The notes beneath the pieces were generated by a model, which worked only from the letters and a program-made list of their open reading frames with translations, did not search any database and had not been told where the DNA came from. Position numbers and translations under genes: made by a program. From an uncultured Veillonella sp. (GTDB taxonomy: Bacteria > Bacillota > Negativicutes > Veillonellales > Veillonellaceae), in the NCBI RefSeq assembly GCF_934230905.1, contig NZ_CAKQFJ010000006.1:8813-72812 (forward strand): a DNA stretch of 64,000 nucleotides. The letters are read 5' to 3'. Shown here piece after piece: positions 61,891 through 64,000 of this stretch (position 1 is the first letter of the stretch; every line of letters starts with the position of its first letter).

Positions 61891-64000
61891 TTAACCTTTT
61901 TTTACCGGTGCAAACTTAGCCATAACTACCCGAACACCTTGTGTAGGGAATTCAATGGTCAGCTTCATGCCAGCCCCCTCACCAGAAACATTGACGACCT
62001 TACCATTTCCCCATTTACTGTGAATAGCAGTATCCCCAACCTTCCAATCAGCAATAACTTCATTGCGAATAATCGGTTTTGTTACTGGACGACTAGCTAC
62101 AGACATATGTCTTGGTACTGTTGGTTTGATATCATCAGGAATTTTACGTTTTGCACGTAAACTATCAACTAATTCAGCAGGAATTTCATCGATAAAGCGC
62201 GATGGTAAATAACTGCTAGTACGACCAAATACGGTACGAGTTGTAGCATTAGAAATGTATAATTCCTTCTCAGCACGCGTAATCCCTACATACGCAAGGC
62301 GTCGTTCTTCTTCGATTTCCTCTGGATTCATCAAGGTACGACTATGTGGGAATAACCCCTCTTCTAAGCCACCAAGAAATACAATAGGGAATTCAAGACC
62401 TTTCGCCGCATGCAATGTCATCAAGGTAACCTTAGATTCTTCTTGTTCAAAAGAATCTACATCGTTTACTAAGGCCACTTGTTCTAAGAAATCCTCAACA
62501 GTACCTGTAGGATTCGTATCCTGGAAATCCTTAGCTACAGATAACAATTCACCAATATTTTCTGCCCGCGCTTGATCCTGTGGATCTGTACTTTCCTCTA
62601 GTTGAGCCAAGTATCCAGTTCGATCAAGAATAGCTTCTAAAATATCAAGGACGGATTTATCATCCATTTCTGCAACAAGCGTAAAAATTAAAACACCAAA
62701 CTCTTCAAGTTTTTCCTTTGTTTTACCCTTAATAGTATCAACCAAATGCAATTGTGTTAAGGTCATAAATAAAGATGTAACATTTTCACGAGCATAGTCT
62801 TGTAATTTAGATACCGTAGTAGCACCGATACTACGCTTTGGTACATTGATAATACGCAACAAACTTAAATCATCGAATGGATTATATAATACGCGCAAAT
62901 AGGCGAGCACGTCTTTAATTTCTTTTCTATCATAGAACTTCGTACCACCTACCATAGTGTACGGTAAGGCGCGTTTAATCAATGCTTCTTCTAGTACACG
63001 GGATTGTGCATTAGTACGATACAAGATTGCCATATCACCATACGGTACGCCATGAATATCGTGTTTTTTTACAATTGTATCGCCTATGAAAGCAGCCTCT
63101 TCATGTTCTGATTGGGCCGTAAAGTGCTGAATTTTAGCGCCTTCTACCTTATCAGTCCAAAGATTCTTTTCTGGACGTCCTTCATTATTATCGATAACCG
63201 CATTGGCTGCATCCAAGATAATCTTGGTAGAACGATAATTCTGCTCTAATTTAATAGATGTACAATTTGGATAATCCTTTTCGAAATCGAGGATATTTTG
63301 AATATCTGCACCACGCCATGCATAAATACTTTGATCAGCATCACCTACGACGGCGATATTCTTCCAATGAGATGATAATAAATAAGCCAATAAATATTGA
63401 GCGTGGTTCGTATCTTGATACTCGTCAATCATAACATATCTAAAACGTTTGCTGTATTTTTCCAACACGGCAGCGTTAGACTGTAATAATTTAACCGCTA
63501 CGAGTAAAAGATCATCGAAGTCTAAAGCATTATTTTTACGCAACTCTCGTTCGTAGTACTCATATACATCAGCTACCTTTTGTTGGTAAAAATCTCGTGC
63601 TTGTTTTCTATAATCAGAAGCAAACATTAACTTATTTTTTGCATCAGATATAGCACTGATCATAGCACCTACAGGATAGTATTTATCGTCTAGATTAAGA
63701 GCCTTCAAGGCTGCTTTTATAACAACTTGAGAGTCAGATGTATCATAAATTGTAAAATTACTGTTATAACCCAAAAAATTATCTAATTCAAAGCGTAAAA
63801 ATTTAGCACAAAAGCTGTGGAACGTACTTAGCCAAATTCGATTAGCTACATCACCAACAAGTCCTTCAACACGGCTTTTCATTTCCTTAGCCGCCTTATT
63901 GGTAAATGTGATGGCTAAGATTTCATAAGGATTTACACCTTGAGCCAATAAATATGCTATACGTACAGTTAATACCTTTGTTTTCCCTGATCCTGCACCT
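61891..64000 (-). CDS. pcrA: ATP-dependent DNA helicase PcrA (UvrD family), N-terminus beyond window end
   Basis: The helicase motifs continue to the window edge (…GAGSGKTKVLTVRIAYLLAQGVNPYEILAITFTNKAA…). The ORF-track 'M' at 63948 is internal. Confidence 0.9.
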   Translation of the reverse strand, partial: GAGSGKTKVLTVRIAYLLAQGVNPYEILAITFTNKAAKEMKSRVEGLVGDVANRIWLSTFHSFCAKFLRFELDNFLGYNSNFTIYDTSDSQVVIKAALKALNLDDKYYPVGAMISAISDAKNKLMFASDYRKQARDFYQQKVADVYEYYERELRKNNALDFDDLLLVAVKLLQSNAAVLEKYSKRFRYVMIDEYQDTNHAQYLLAYLLSSHWKNIAVVGDADQSIYAWRGADIQNILDFEKDYPNCTSIKLEQNYRSTKIILDAANAVIDNNEGRPEKNLWTDKVEGAKIQHFTAQSEHEEAAFIGDTIVKKHDIHGVPYGDMAILYRTNAQSRVLEEALIKRALPYTMVGGTKFYDRKEIKDVLAYLRVLYNPFDDLSLLRIINVPKRSIGATTVSKLQDYARENVTSLFMTLTQLHLVDTIKGKTKEKLEEFGVLIFTLVAEMDDKSVLDILEAILDRTGYLAQLEESTDPQDQARAENIGELLSVAKDFQDTNPTGTVEDFLEQVALVNDVDSFEQEESKVTLMTLHAAKGLEFPIVFLGGLEEGLFPHSRTLMNPEEIEEERRLAYVGITRAEKELYISNATTRTVFGRTSSYLPSRFIDEIPAELVDSLRAKRKIPDDIKPTVPRHMSVASRPVTKPIIRNEVIADWKVGDTAIHSKWGNGKVVNVSGEGAGMKLTIEFPTQGVRVVMAKFAPVKKG

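Overview
This 64-kb window is a low-GC (about 38–40%) Firmicutes-type chromosome segment. Gene content (PolC-type replicase, gatCAB, comEA/comEC/comEB/dprA/comM, larABCE) fits a Negativicute such as Veillonella; that assignment is inference only. Almost everything is on the minus strand and is core housekeeping, in this order: a SAH/MTA cluster (mtaD, ahcY, mtnA, mtnP); hslO; the rib operon (ribD-ribE-ribBA-ribH) with an FMN riboswitch; an E. coli-type poxB on the plus strand; polC; holA; comEC; comEA; an M29 aminopeptidase; comEB; leuS; a secreted GH18-like protein with K/A/E repeats; lgt; trmFO; topA; dprA; comM/yifB; yraN; rnhB; rbgA; rplS; a marR regulator; glyS and glyQ with a glycine T-box leader; then larA-larC-larB-larE (lactate racemase and Ni-pincer cofactor maturation); recO; a CorC/CNNM protein; era; ybeY; phoH; two uncharacterised radical-SAM genes; gatBAC; ligA; and pcrA, which runs off the window end. 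The one clear accessory region is a roughly 4.9-kb AT-rich island at 39.5–44.3 kb, inserted between the glyQS T-box/promoter and the lar operon. It carries seven hypothetical genes: five membrane proteins, all or most of them divergent DUF805-like ('GRxxRxEY…RRLHDxxxSGxW' motifs), two of which are tandem-domain paralogs; and two paralogous soluble proteins of about 200 aa with a conserved 'IVNDEF…YFYRKEI' signature. No integrase, transposase or tRNA is present. This duplicated membrane-plus-soluble cassette is the best candidate for an undescribed system. Other points of note: the PolC homolog lacks the 3'-5' exonuclease insert entirely; the ComEC C-terminal domain lacks the canonical metallo-β-lactamase metal motif; two similar nested hairpins bracket the lar operon; a TGTGA-N6-TCACA palindrome sits in the long AT-rich poxB leader; and a GC-rich structured element lies between pepS and comEB. 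I saw no rRNA, tRNA, CRISPR array or transposase. Coordinates of non-CDS elements were counted by eye and may be off by a few nucleotides.
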